A DNA stretch of 64,000 nucleotides from an uncultured virus (IMG/VR IMGVR_UViG_3300049185_000041). Lineage: Duplodnaviria; Heunggongvirae; Uroviricota; Caudoviricetes. Positions 1-7,736 of this stretch are shown here, in pieces (the first letter of the stretch is position 1; each line of letters opens with the position of its first letter). Location of the stretch: IMG/VR virus record IMGVR_UViG_3300049185_000041. One strand, 5' to 3'. Below the pieces are notes generated by a model, which did no database searches, was not told the DNA's origin, and was given only the letters and a program-made list of their open reading frames with translations. Made by a program: the position numbers and the translations under genes.

Positions 1-271
1 GCCTAACACCCCCGCCACCCCGCCACCCTGTCACCCGATGCACCCGCCCCATCAAACCCGTGACGCCCAGGCGATCGAATACCTGGCCTCGCGCAATGCC
101 CTCTGGAAACTGTCAACGCCCGTGCCCTGCCTCTTCACAGGGGACCAGCGGCACGGGGAAGCCCTGAGACGGAAGCGCCGTGCAATGGCGTCCCGGTCTC
201 GACTCTCCGCGTGGGCGATCCCGTTCGCCTTTCTATCCTTGAACCGCTAACTACTAGAAACACCGTAGAAC

Positions 272-742
272 ATGAAACTTATCCTGGACTCATCCGCCCT
301 CCGGACCCTTCTGGAGTTAAACCCGGAACTCACCACGGAAATCAGCCAGTCGGTCGCGAACAGCTTCGCAGACCGTTACCTCAAACCGCTGGCCAAGATC
401 CCCGAGATCAAAGCCAGCCTCGACTCAGCGAAAGCCCACCTGGGCGACGCATTCCTTAAACTCCTCGAAGACCAACTCGGTTCGGTCGCCCGCCACTCGT
501 GGAGCAGGGAAATCCGGGCCATCCAACTCCGGCCCGAAGTGAAGCAGTCACTTGAGGAAGCAGCCATCCGAGGGCTCAGGGACCAGCTTGCCGAGATCGC
601 GGCACAGGCGGTCTCCAAGTTTTCTCTGGAGACCTTGGAGGCGGCAGTCGAATCCCGTGTCAACACGGAGATCGAAGAACGGGTGAATGCCGCGGTCGCC
701 AAGAAATTCGAAGCCATCGCAAGGGCAGCCACCACACCTTAG
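272..742 (+). CDS. hypothetical early phage protein (helical)
   Basis: 156-aa ORF with phage-typical codon usage, first of a tightly packed + strand run. Confidence 0.75.
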   Translation: MKLILDSSALRTLLELNPELTTEISQSVANSFADRYLKPLAKIPEIKASLDSAKAHLGDAFLKLLEDQLGSVARHSWSREIRAIQLRPEVKQSLEEAAIRGLRDQLAEIAAQAVSKFSLETLEAAVESRVNTEIEERVNAAVAKKFEAIARAATTP

Positions 743-746
743 CGCC

Positions 747-977
747 ATGCCCCACGAACCCCGCCTGAAAGGTCTCGCCGAACGCCGGGAAGCCCGGTTG
801 CGCGAGCGCCGGCAAGGCAAGTCCGGTCTCCTTGAACTCTGGAAAGTGCCGAAGGGTGAGAAACGCGAGGTCCACCGCGCCCGTGTGTTCTTCGCCACCT
901 TGCCACCTGACGACCTTCTCGCCGCCTACGCGGCGGTCACCAAAGCACTCGAACAACGAAAGAACGACACGCCATGA
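747..977 (+). CDS. hypothetical basic protein
   Basis: ATG at 747, in frame with ORF 687..977; ATGA overlap with next gene. Confidence 0.6.
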   Translation: MPHEPRLKGLAERREARLRERRQGKSGLLELWKVPKGEKREVHRARVFFATLPPDDLLAAYAAVTKALEQRKNDTP

Positions 978-1330
978 AACTCGACCCCAACAGCCCCACC
1001 TTCCCGGTTCCCAATGACGCCAATGTCAACGGGCAACCCGGTCTCCCGCTTCGCGCCCACTTCGCCGGTCTCGCGATGCAAGGTATGCTGGCCAACCCCG
1101 GCACCCTGGATGTCGGCGTTGAACAACTCCTCGTCCACGTCCCGGCGAATTCCGTCAGGATGGCCGACGCCTTGATCACCGAACTCAATAAGGACGCACC
1201 TCCGCCGCGGGAAGCCCGCGATGGTGAGGTCATCGGGTGGGCAGTGAAGCACGGCATCCGGGACCTCTCTAACAAGGACCTCCGGGCAGCCTTTGAAGCG
1301 GCCCGCAACCTCGACCTTAGCAAGCCATGA
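974..1330 (+). CDS. conserved small phage protein (GxxLRxxFAxxAMQG family)
   Basis: FPVP...GLPLRAHFAGLAMQGMLANP...MADALITEL resembles a widespread phage hypothetical family. Confidence 0.8.
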   Translation: MKLDPNSPTFPVPNDANVNGQPGLPLRAHFAGLAMQGMLANPGTLDVGVEQLLVHVPANSVRMADALITELNKDAPPPREARDGEVIGWAVKHGIRDLSNKDLRAAFEAARNLDLSKP

Positions 1331-1587
1331 AACCATATCGCCGCGGCATCTTCCGTGTCGTGAAGAACTTCACCGGCACCGGTTACTGGGTGCAGGCCAA
1401 CAGCGACACCTCAGGATGGGTGCCGATCATGCACCACGACTATCTCGGAAGTGCGAGACTCCGGGTGCGCAACCTCCATGCCGCCTGCTGTTCCATGGTC
1501 GAACTTGCGATGCAGCTTCCGCCTACGGCGCAGCGTTACATCAAGACCGGGAAGCTCCGGAAATCCAAGCCTAGCAAGAAGTCATGA
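1327..1587 (+). CDS. hypothetical protein
   Basis: ATGA overlaps at both ends. Confidence 0.65.
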   Translation: MKPYRRGIFRVVKNFTGTGYWVQANSDTSGWVPIMHHDYLGSARLRVRNLHAACCSMVELAMQLPPTAQRYIKTGKLRKSKPSKKS

Positions 1588-1868
1588 AAACCACCCCTGC
1601 CGCCGAGGCTGCCCGTCAGCGCACCCTCGACCTCATCGAGAGGGCACAGACCCTCCTCTACCAGGCCGCGCAAGCCGCCTGCCCGATCTTCCCGTGGGAA
1701 GACCAATGGACCGACATCGGCAACCACGCCGACGCCACGAAAGCCCTGTGGCACAGAATCAATCAGGCCCCTATGCCGGAGCGCCTTGACAGTGAACCTC
1801 GGAATGCTGCGCCGGTCTCGCCGCGGACCCCGATGGACCTGAAAGCTTCAACCGGGAGGGAAGGATGA
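1584..1868 (+). CDS. hypothetical protein
   Basis: ATGA overlaps at both ends. Confidence 0.65.
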   Translation: MKTTPAAEAARQRTLDLIERAQTLLYQAAQAACPIFPWEDQWTDIGNHADATKALWHRINQAPMPERLDSEPRNAAPVSPRTPMDLKASTGREG

Positions 1869-2062
1869 AATACTTGGTCTCTTACGCCTACCAAAGCGGA
1901 CAGTCTTTACCCGGAGGCCCGTTCTTGCAAATCGGCGACATGCTCACCTCCTACGACGGACCACTCGACCACGAGGGCATTGACGCAATCCGAAGTGCTG
2001 TCTTCCAGAAAGTAGGAGTCCGTGCCGCCATCATCGCCATCACCAAACTCGAAACGCCATGA
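1865..2062 (+). CDS. hypothetical protein
   Basis: ATGA overlaps; GGGAGGGAAGG upstream. Confidence 0.65.
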   Translation: MKYLVSYAYQSGQSLPGGPFLQIGDMLTSYDGPLDHEGIDAIRSAVFQKVGVRAAIIAITKLETP

Positions 2063-2571
2063 ATCCCGAACAATTCCGCGCCGCCGTTGAGCAGATCATC
2101 GGGGTGCCTCCCGAACAGACCGAACTGTTCTACGTGTGGACGCTTCACTTGGGCCCGTTCCCGGCACAGGTCATCTACCGGGAAGACGTGAAGGTCATCG
2201 AGATTCGCTGGAGTCAATACGTCCCGCGCCAACTGGACCAGTGGGGCGCGAACCCCTACAACGGGACGTGGCACATCTGGTTCAAGGACTTCAACAACGA
2301 CCCGGAAGCCGTGCTTCGCGAGCTTGCGCGTCGCTTGGCCAAGGCGGGCTATGATCCACCGGTCTCGCCGGCCGAAGAGAAGCCCGGCGTCCCGGTCTCC
2401 GGATGCGTCATCGGTCTCACCGAAGAGGAGCGCCTGACGCTGTCCCTCCTGCTGGACAAGCGGTTCCGCTATCGTGAGTTCTTCCACCAGAACGCCGGTC
2501 TCGCCGGTACGCAGGAACACGACACCGAGAGGACGCTGGGAGGCATCCGCGACAAACTGAAGAAGCTATGA
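2059..2571 (+). CDS. hypothetical protein
   Basis: 170-aa ORF, ATGA overlaps. Confidence 0.7.
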   Translation: MNPEQFRAAVEQIIGVPPEQTELFYVWTLHLGPFPAQVIYREDVKVIEIRWSQYVPRQLDQWGANPYNGTWHIWFKDFNNDPEAVLRELARRLAKAGYDPPVSPAEEKPGVPVSGCVIGLTEEERLTLSLLLDKRFRYREFFHQNAGLAGTQEHDTERTLGGIRDKLKKL

Positions 2572-2849
2572 AACCCCGCCACAACGAAGAACAGATCCAG
2601 CTCGGCATCGCCCTCTTCAAAAAGGTCTGCTCCGATGCGGTCTCCGCGAAGAACCCCGCCGGCCAAACCTTCTGGTCCGGACACCAGTGCGCCGGAGGCG
2701 GCGCTACCATCCGGCAGCGGCTCAACGAGGACACCATGACCCCGGCGAACGTCGCCCGGGAGTGCGACCTCAAGAGCATCCTGCGTCCGGCCAAGGCTGC
2801 CTACGAGGCGGCCATCCTCACCGCCACCAAGAAATTCCTGGGACAATGA
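2568..2849 (+). CDS. hypothetical protein
   Basis: ATGA overlaps. Confidence 0.65.
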   Translation: MKPRHNEEQIQLGIALFKKVCSDAVSAKNPAGQTFWSGHQCAGGGATIRQRLNEDTMTPANVARECDLKSILRPAKAAYEAAILTATKKFLGQ

Positions 2850-3283
2850 AACTCCGCGGCAAATGGGTCACCGTGAACTCGATCACCCGGTTCGTTCGCG
2901 ACCCGGATCCGATCAAGCCACGCAAGGCCCGGAAGCCGCGGAAGAAAAAGAAACGCCGGAAGCTCCGCCTCGATCGGATTCCCGGACGTCTCTACAGCGT
3001 CCAGCCGAAGGTCCACGCCTACCTCAAGGACCACAATCTCCTCGAACGCCGCCGGGCAGCCGGCGACTACGACACCCCGAAGCTCACCGCCTACGCCCTG
3101 AACCTCATTGCCGATCACGAGACCCCCGGCGACCTGCTCGTCAATCCACTGCCTTCCGGCTGCCGGATGAAGGGCTTCCAGGTCCCGCTCGAAGACAGTT
3201 CCTTCATTTCCTTTTACCTGCTCGGCAGCGCCACGGCTGCCGGGAACCCGCGCCGCCCGTGCGATCATTCGGGCATCTGTTAG
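2846..3283 (+). CDS. hypothetical basic, possibly DNA-binding protein
   Basis: ATG 2846 overlaps upstream TGA; K/R-rich tract KPRKARKPRKKKKRRK. Confidence 0.6.
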   Translation: MKLRGKWVTVNSITRFVRDPDPIKPRKARKPRKKKKRRKLRLDRIPGRLYSVQPKVHAYLKDHNLLERRRAAGDYDTPKLTAYALNLIADHETPGDLLVNPLPSGCRMKGFQVPLEDSSFISFYLLGSATAAGNPRRPCDHSGIC

Positions 3284-3285
3284 AA

Positions 3286-3621
3286 ATGAATACCATGAAT
3301 ACCACCGACATTGACATCAGCAAACTCGACAAGGCCGAAGTCCTTGCCGCCCTCTATAACAACAGCCGTCAGCAGGGCATGGGGTTCCTGCAATCCCGTG
3401 GGAGGGAGGGCATGACCGTTGAGCAGGCTCGCGAGGAGATCGTTGCCGCCAGCGGGATCAACCGTCGCGGCGAGCTGACTATCTGCTTCGACTACTTGAA
3501 CGGCCGGGTGATGAAGGTCGATATTGGCGGCGACACCCTCGCCCCTCACCTCTATGACCGCGACAACGGGCAGGGCGCTGCCGCTGCTGCATTGGAACCC
3601 TTGCTTGCCACCACCACGTAA
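3286..3621 (+). CDS. conserved phage hypothetical protein
   Basis: IDISKLDKAEVLAALYNNS..QGMGFL..FDYLNGRVMKVD..LYDRDNGQGAA resembles a recurrent viral family. Confidence 0.8.
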   Translation: MNTMNTTDIDISKLDKAEVLAALYNNSRQQGMGFLQSRGREGMTVEQAREEIVAASGINRRGELTICFDYLNGRVMKVDIGGDTLAPHLYDRDNGQGAAAAALEPLLATTT

Positions 3622-3642
3622 CATCTCTACATTCCTACACAC

Positions 3643-4017
3643 GTGAGCGCACGCATCGTCATTCCCCCCAAGCGTAGGGGCAACCCCGACTACGGGATCA
3701 TCGTCTCGCAAACCCAGGCGGGGAAGCCCACCTTCCGGCTGACGTTCCGCGAGGATGGCATCAAACGCACCTTCCTGCTCCGGGACGCCAAGACGATCGA
3801 GCAAGCCCGTGAACTGCGCGATATCTTCTACAAGAACCTCCGGCGCAAGTACGACGTCACCACCCGGGTCAAGCTCGGCCGCCCGGCCCGCCCGGGTCGC
3901 AAGGGCATCTACTACCGCAAGCCGTGGTACGTGAAGATCGACGGCAAGCAGATCGGCGAGTTCGACACCGAGGCGGAAGCGAAACAGGCCAAGGCCGCCT
4001 ACCTGAAAAACCGATGA
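3643..4017 (+). CDS. AP2-like DNA-binding domain protein
   Basis: C-terminal KGIYYRKPWYVKIDGKQIGEFDTEAEAKQAKAAY; N-terminal half also has an AP2-like beta-beta-beta-alpha pattern; GTG start. Confidence 0.6.
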   Translation: MSARIVIPPKRRGNPDYGIIVSQTQAGKPTFRLTFREDGIKRTFLLRDAKTIEQARELRDIFYKNLRRKYDVTTRVKLGRPARPGRKGIYYRKPWYVKIDGKQIGEFDTEAEAKQAKAAYLKNR

Positions 4018-4124
4018 ACTTCCTCCTCGACCTCTGGCAAGCCAACCAAGGGATCCTCTCGGCCGGCGGGATCGTCCTTGCCGTCGCAGCGGTCATGACC
4101 CTGAAGAACCCGGACAAGGTATGA
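4014..4124 (+). CDS. small single-TM protein (36 aa)
   Basis: MNFLLDLWQANQGILSAGGIVLAVAAVMTLK; ATGA overlaps on both sides. Confidence 0.5.
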   Translation: MNFLLDLWQANQGILSAGGIVLAVAAVMTLKNPDKV

Positions 4125-4309
4125 AAGAAGTGATTATCGTTAAACCGAAGCTCACGCATGCGCAGATCAACCTTCTCGTAGCCGTCAAGAAATGGATGGA
4201 CCGCATCGTTGACCGGATGCCCGAGCTGCCATCCTCGTTCATGGACAACACGGACCCGACGCCACTAGCGAAGGAGTTCAGAAAGCTCATCAAGGAACTG
4301 AAGCCATGA
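4121..4309 (+). CDS. hypothetical protein
   Basis: 62-aa ORF, ATGA overlap. Confidence 0.55.
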   Translation: MKEVIIVKPKLTHAQINLLVAVKKWMDRIVDRMPELPSSFMDNTDPTPLAKEFRKLIKELKP

Positions 4310-4429
4310 CCCCCAACCCGACCCCAGCGCCCCGGTCGACGCCATGCATGACCTAGCGGAAGCGTTGGAGGCGGAGAATCAAGCTCTACGCGCGGAGATA
4401 GAGAATCGAACGCCCAAGGACGAACCCTC

Positions 4430-5335
4430 ATGAACGGCCCCATCAATCTCGAAGAACTGCTGGTTCCCTACGTCAAGCCGCTGCCGAAATGCCACACCTG
4501 CGGCGAGCCTACCGCGCAGTTGTCCACGAACAAGAAGTGCCCGGCGTGCCTGGAGAAGCACATGGAGAAGATGCGCAATCGCAAGGGCAAGCCCAAGCGC
4601 CGCAAACCATCGGCGCTGGGCGCAGGCTACAAGCTCGCGTTCACCCGTTACCGCAGGCCGGTTCGCCATAAGACTCGGGGCTGGATCTACCGGTTCTTCG
4701 TCCGCAGGAAAGGGGAGACCGAGTATTACCCCGAGATCAAGGTCCTCGACGCGCTCACCGAGGAAGACGCCATCGCCGAGGTCGATGCGTTCATCACCCG
4801 ATCGCTCCTCGCCGGGGCCGTATGGCGCACGAGCCCGGACCAGTTGGACGAAAAGCTCCGGGAGGACTTCCGCCACCGCGAGAAAAACCTCTGCGACCAG
4901 GACGAGCACATCGAATCCTACCCGGTCAACGTCACCCGCTACAAGGTGGTCGTCGCCGGCAAGCTCATCCGCGATAACCTCACCTCACTGGAGAAGGCGA
5001 GGACGATCCGTGACGAGTACCTGCTCGGGGGTGAGCTGAACCCGTGCAAGCTCTGCGGCAAGCGGCCGAAGTGGCTGCCTGCGAGAATGGCCAAGGGGTC
5101 GTTCAGTTTGCGCCACCGCGAGCCCGGGTGCCCGAACCATTTCCACATCAAGAGCCCAGCGATCGACGCATCGTTCAAGGTGCGGGCGTGGAACCTACAC
5201 TTCTCTCAAGGAGAGGACCTCACGCGGAAGGGAGTCCTTGCCGCTGATGATTTGCGCCGGCTCGGCATCCTCGGGTTCAGTGGCAACAAGCGCCGGCGGA
5301 AGGTGCTGACCGAGGAGGAGGCCTTCGAGGTGTAG
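4430..5335 (+). CDS. Zn-finger / AP2-like nucleic-acid-binding protein
   Basis: CHTC..CPAC; RYKVVVAGKLIRDNLTSLEKARTIRDEY; LNPCKLCG (Lar-like Zn ribbon); ends EEEAFEV. Confidence 0.6.
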   Translation: MNGPINLEELLVPYVKPLPKCHTCGEPTAQLSTNKKCPACLEKHMEKMRNRKGKPKRRKPSALGAGYKLAFTRYRRPVRHKTRGWIYRFFVRRKGETEYYPEIKVLDALTEEDAIAEVDAFITRSLLAGAVWRTSPDQLDEKLREDFRHREKNLCDQDEHIESYPVNVTRYKVVVAGKLIRDNLTSLEKARTIRDEYLLGGELNPCKLCGKRPKWLPARMAKGSFSLRHREPGCPNHFHIKSPAIDASFKVRAWNLHFSQGEDLTRKGVLAADDLRRLGILGFSGNKRRRKVLTEEEAFEV

Positions 5336-5345
5336 CCTTTTTCTG

Positions 5346-5374
5346 TTGACCGTATCCTGCGAAACGTGCAGCGT
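5346..5374 (+). promoter_or_regulatory. sigma70-like promoter for the RNA gene cluster
   Basis: TTGACC-17 bp-CAGCGT (weak -10); predicted start near 5381 coincides with the 5' end of a structured RNA. Confidence 0.45.
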
Positions 5375-5380
5375 CCCGTC

Positions 5381-5451
5381 GCTCCGAATGCCCGGCCAGG
5401 GACTACATTCATTTGGCGAACCAACGTCTCGGCCACCTACTTGTCGGAGCA
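5381..5451 (+). ncRNA. candidate structured small RNA
   Basis: GCTCCGA/TCGGAGC closing stem, inner GGCC/GGCC and GGGAC/GTCTC helices, TTGG-CGAA-CCAA hairpin. Confidence 0.45.
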
Positions 5452-5459
5452 CTCTTTCA

Positions 5460-5521
5460 GATGACCTTCACCACTCCAGCTCCTTTTCGAGAGCGACCGC
5501 GACAACAGCGGTGAGATCATC
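5460..5521 (+). ncRNA. second candidate structured small RNA
   Basis: GATGA..TCACC pairs with GGTGA..TCATC; internal GCTC/GAGC hairpin. Confidence 0.35.
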
Positions 5522-5524
5522 CGT

Positions 5525-5598
5525 GGTCTCGTAGTGTAATGGTAGCACTGGTGATTTTGAATCACCCGGCCTTGGTTCGAAGCCAAGCGAGACTGCCA
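5525..5598 (+). tRNA. tRNA-Gln(TTG) with encoded CCA
   Basis: GGTCTCG/CGAGACT acceptor, GGTGA-TTTTGAA-TCACC anticodon arm, CTTGG-TTCGAAG-CCAAG T arm, G-CCA end. Confidence 0.92.
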
Positions 5599-5606
5599 CC
5601 TTCCAT

Positions 5607-5678
5607 GTTCCCATGGTGAAGCGGTTATCACCCCCGACTTTCTATCGGGTATCCCGGGTTCGAATCCCGGTGGGAATG
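5607..5678 (+). tRNA. tRNA-Glu(TTC), no encoded CCA, U at position 37
   Basis: GTTCCCA/TGGGAAT acceptor, CCCGA-CTTTCTA-TCGGG, CCGGG-TTCGAAT-CCCGG, discriminator G. Confidence 0.88.
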
Positions 5679-5687
5679 CTTTCAAAT

Positions 5688-5762
5688 CTGGACATAGCTC
5701 AGTTTGCGTAGAGCGCCTGCCTTGGGAGCAGGAGGCCGCGGGTTCGAATCCCGCTGTCCAGA
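5688..5762 (+). tRNA. tRNA-Pro(TGG), no encoded CCA
   Basis: CTGGACA/TGTCCAG acceptor, CCTGC-CTTGGGA-GCAGG, GCGGG-TTCGAAT-CCCGC, discriminator A. Confidence 0.92.
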
Positions 5763-5764
5763 CT

Positions 5765-6304
5765 TCAGTCCAGCCAGCTATCCTCCCGGACCCCAGTCAT
5801 CGCCCACACGGCTGCCTGCTGCAATTCACGCTTCCTCGCGAGGATTGCCCTCACATTCTCTGGCAACCACCTCTCACGGTTTCCTGCGGCCGAATTGTCC
5901 CCCTTCGGGATGACCCGGACATTAGTGTCCGTGTAGCCGCCCGCCATCAAAATCCGGTCCACGGTCAACCGTTCGGCTTCAGTCTCCGGCTGTTGGTCCC
6001 AGTAACCTGCCTCGTCGGTGATCTCCACGAACCGCTCGAAGCTCAGGGTGAACTCGATTTTCCGCCCTCGGGCATGGTCGCGAAGTGTGGCGAACGCCGC
6101 CTTCTTGCGGTCCCTCTTGCGCCACCGTTTTTGCCAGCAGCGATGGCAGAACCTCACCTCGCCAAGCTTCTTCTTCGGGCAAGCGTGGTGGTTCCGGCAG
6201 TGCTGGACCCAGCATAGCCCGGCTCCCGGGCGGCCCTTGAGCACGAACCCTTCGGATTCAACACGATCGCGGGCGGTCAGCGGTGTTAGGAGGGAGACGA
6301 CCAT
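5765..6304 (-). CDS. HNH-like endonuclease (DRI..GY..N type) with N-terminal Zn finger
   Basis: CWVQHCRN..FCHRC; HARGRKIEFTLSFERF; LTVDRILMAGGYTDTNVRVIPKGDN. Confidence 0.65.
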   Translation of the reverse strand: MVVSLLTPLTARDRVESEGFVLKGRPGAGLCWVQHCRNHHACPKKKLGEVRFCHRCWQKRWRKRDRKKAAFATLRDHARGRKIEFTLSFERFVEITDEAGYWDQQPETEAERLTVDRILMAGGYTDTNVRVIPKGDNSAAGNRERWLPENVRAILARKRELQQAAVWAMTGVREDSWLD

Positions 6305-6939
6305 GGCTTGAGGGTTGGGTGAAAATAGACGCGGGAGAAAAGCAGCAGGTCATACTTCGACCCGAACGCCGTGTGACCCGGCTGCCCGGCGACCATCTCC
6401 ATGAGGGCCTTCTCCGGGACATTCCGGTAGCCGTCGCAGTAACCCTTCCTCCGGTAGCCCTGCCGCTCGCCCGCGGGACCCTGTGGCACGTTCTGCCGGA
6501 GTTCGTGCTTCTGGGCCTCTTCGTCGATCACGGCGGCCGGCAGCACGAGGATGGTGTCGAGGGTGTCCGCCATCACGTTCCAGACGTCGGCGAGCCGCTT
6601 CTGGTTCGTGCAGCGGTGGATCCCGATCACGTAGACCAAGGGCACCCCGCACTTGCGGTCCTTCTCACGTCGCCATTCATAGGTCGGGAGCTTGTTGCCC
6701 TGCCGCAGCGACTTGATCTCGCAGAAGAAGTCCGAGGGCTTATGATGCGCGTCGAACACGCAGTCGTGAGACCCGGAGTTCGGGATGTCTGTTAGGCCGA
6801 GCAGCTCGATGATGATTTCTTCGACGACTTTTCCGTAACGGGTTCTGGCTTCACCATTCTTGGTGAGCGGTTTGTCGGGCAGCACGTCGAGGAGGAGGGG
6901 CTGCTCATGCGACGGCGGGGGCTTGATCGAGAGACTCAT
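6286..6939 (-). CDS. PD-(D/E)XK restriction-endonuclease-like protein
   Basis: YGKVVEEII...VFDA...FCEIKSL matches the E..D..EXK arrangement. Confidence 0.6.
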   Translation of the reverse strand: MSLSIKPPPSHEQPLLLDVLPDKPLTKNGEARTRYGKVVEEIIIELLGLTDIPNSGSHDCVFDAHHKPSDFFCEIKSLRQGNKLPTYEWRREKDRKCGVPLVYVIGIHRCTNQKRLADVWNVMADTLDTILVLPAAVIDEEAQKHELRQNVPQGPAGERQGYRRKGYCDGYRNVPEKALMEMVAGQPGHTAFGSKYDLLLFSRVYFHPTLKPWSSPS

Positions 6940-6956
6940 GGCGTGATATACTAGGT

Positions 6957-7298
6957 TTATAGTAATTCCTCAGCCAGCAACAACGTGTTCCCCTCCGGCA
7001 CCTGCCCGGCAGCCACGGCGACCGCTGCGGCATCGGCCCGCGTGTGGAAGGTGCCCCGGCTGTCCAAAAACCCGCTCTCGAAGTCGTGCGGGTTCTCCAT
7101 CGGGTGCATCTGGGAGAGCATCACCGGGTCGCCGTGGCGGACGCTCGCGATGATCCGGGTGGGGTATTTCAAGTGCCGGAGGGCGGCGCAGACGATGCGC
7201 AACGGGCGCTTGTGAATAAGCGTGGAGGAGTTGTGAATAACTCCGGAGGGCGTTGATCCACAAGGCGTGTCTTCGGATTTTGGGGGTGCCGTTTGCAT
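6957..7298 (-). CDS. conserved phage hypothetical protein
   Basis: IVCAALR..SVRHGD..M..GFLDSRGTFHTRADA..AGQV..LAEELL resembles a recurrent phage family; start uncertain. Confidence 0.7.
   Translation of the reverse strand: MQTAPPKSEDTPCGSTPSGVIHNSSTLIHKRPLRIVCAALRHLKYPTRIIASVRHGDPVMLSQMHPMENPHDFESGFLDSRGTFHTRADAAAVAVAAGQVPEGNTLLLAEELL
7211..7262. promoter_or_regulatory. cluster of DnaA-box-like 9-mers
   Basis: TGTGAATAA (rc TTATTCACA, fits TTWTNCACA) at 7211 and 7232; TGATCCACA at 7254 (opposite orientation, 1 mismatch). Confidence 0.45.
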
Positions 7299-7314
7299 TG
7301 TGATATTGCGGGGA

Positions 7315-7343
7315 AGCTTAACCCAGTGGAAAGGTCGTGCCAA
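7315..7343 (-). promoter_or_regulatory. leftward sigma70-like promoter
   Basis: TTGGCA-17 bp-TAAGCT on the minus strand upstream of 7298. Confidence 0.45.
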
Positions 7344-7478
7344 GGCAATCTAATCGCCTGTGACCATTACGGGGTGAAGGCTTACCCCTAGCAGAATTTC
7401 CGGTCAACTCGCAAATTTGAGAATGAAAAATCTTGCGCGTTTGCAGGCTGCGACGTAACCAATGCGCCGCGCTGCGTT

Positions 7479-7736
7479 ATGCGAACCCTCCCGATAGACC
7501 AGAAAATCCGGCAGTTGATTTCGGCAAGTCCCTTATCTATCAAGGACATCGCCGACGGAGCCGGGGTGAACTACAAGACCCTCTGGCGTTTCGCCGAAGG
7601 ACGCACCCCGACCATCAACGCGGTGTCCGCGGAACTCCTGTTCCACTTCTTCAATGGCCGTACATTTTCAGAGCCGGGCAAGCCGCTTCGCCGGGCACCC
7701 TTCATCGTTCGCAGAGGGGAGGGCAAAGCCGCATGA
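7479..7736 (+). CDS. XRE/Cro-type HTH regulator
   Basis: LSIKDIADGAGVNYKTLWRFAEG HTH; heads the replication operon. Confidence 0.8.
   Translation: MRTLPIDQKIRQLISASPLSIKDIADGAGVNYKTLWRFAEGRTPTINAVSAELLFHFFNGRTFSEPGKPLRRAPFIVRRGEGKAA

Noticed and set aside
5630..5650. Reading the second tRNA as an amber suppressor (CTA) or Arg (TCT)
   Set aside because: The CCCGA/TCGGG stem centres TTC in the 7-nt loop, and TAG is used as a normal stop (e.g. 5335, 21148).
5763..5860. Theta/HDV-like ribozyme after tRNA-Pro
   Set aside because: Too few nucleotides between candidate P1 strands for P2/P3, and the region codes on the minus strand.
7433..7732. N-terminal 100-aa extension of the C5 MTase ORF
   Set aside because: Overlaps the HTH gene in another frame; the ATGA-coupled start at 7733 is more plausible.
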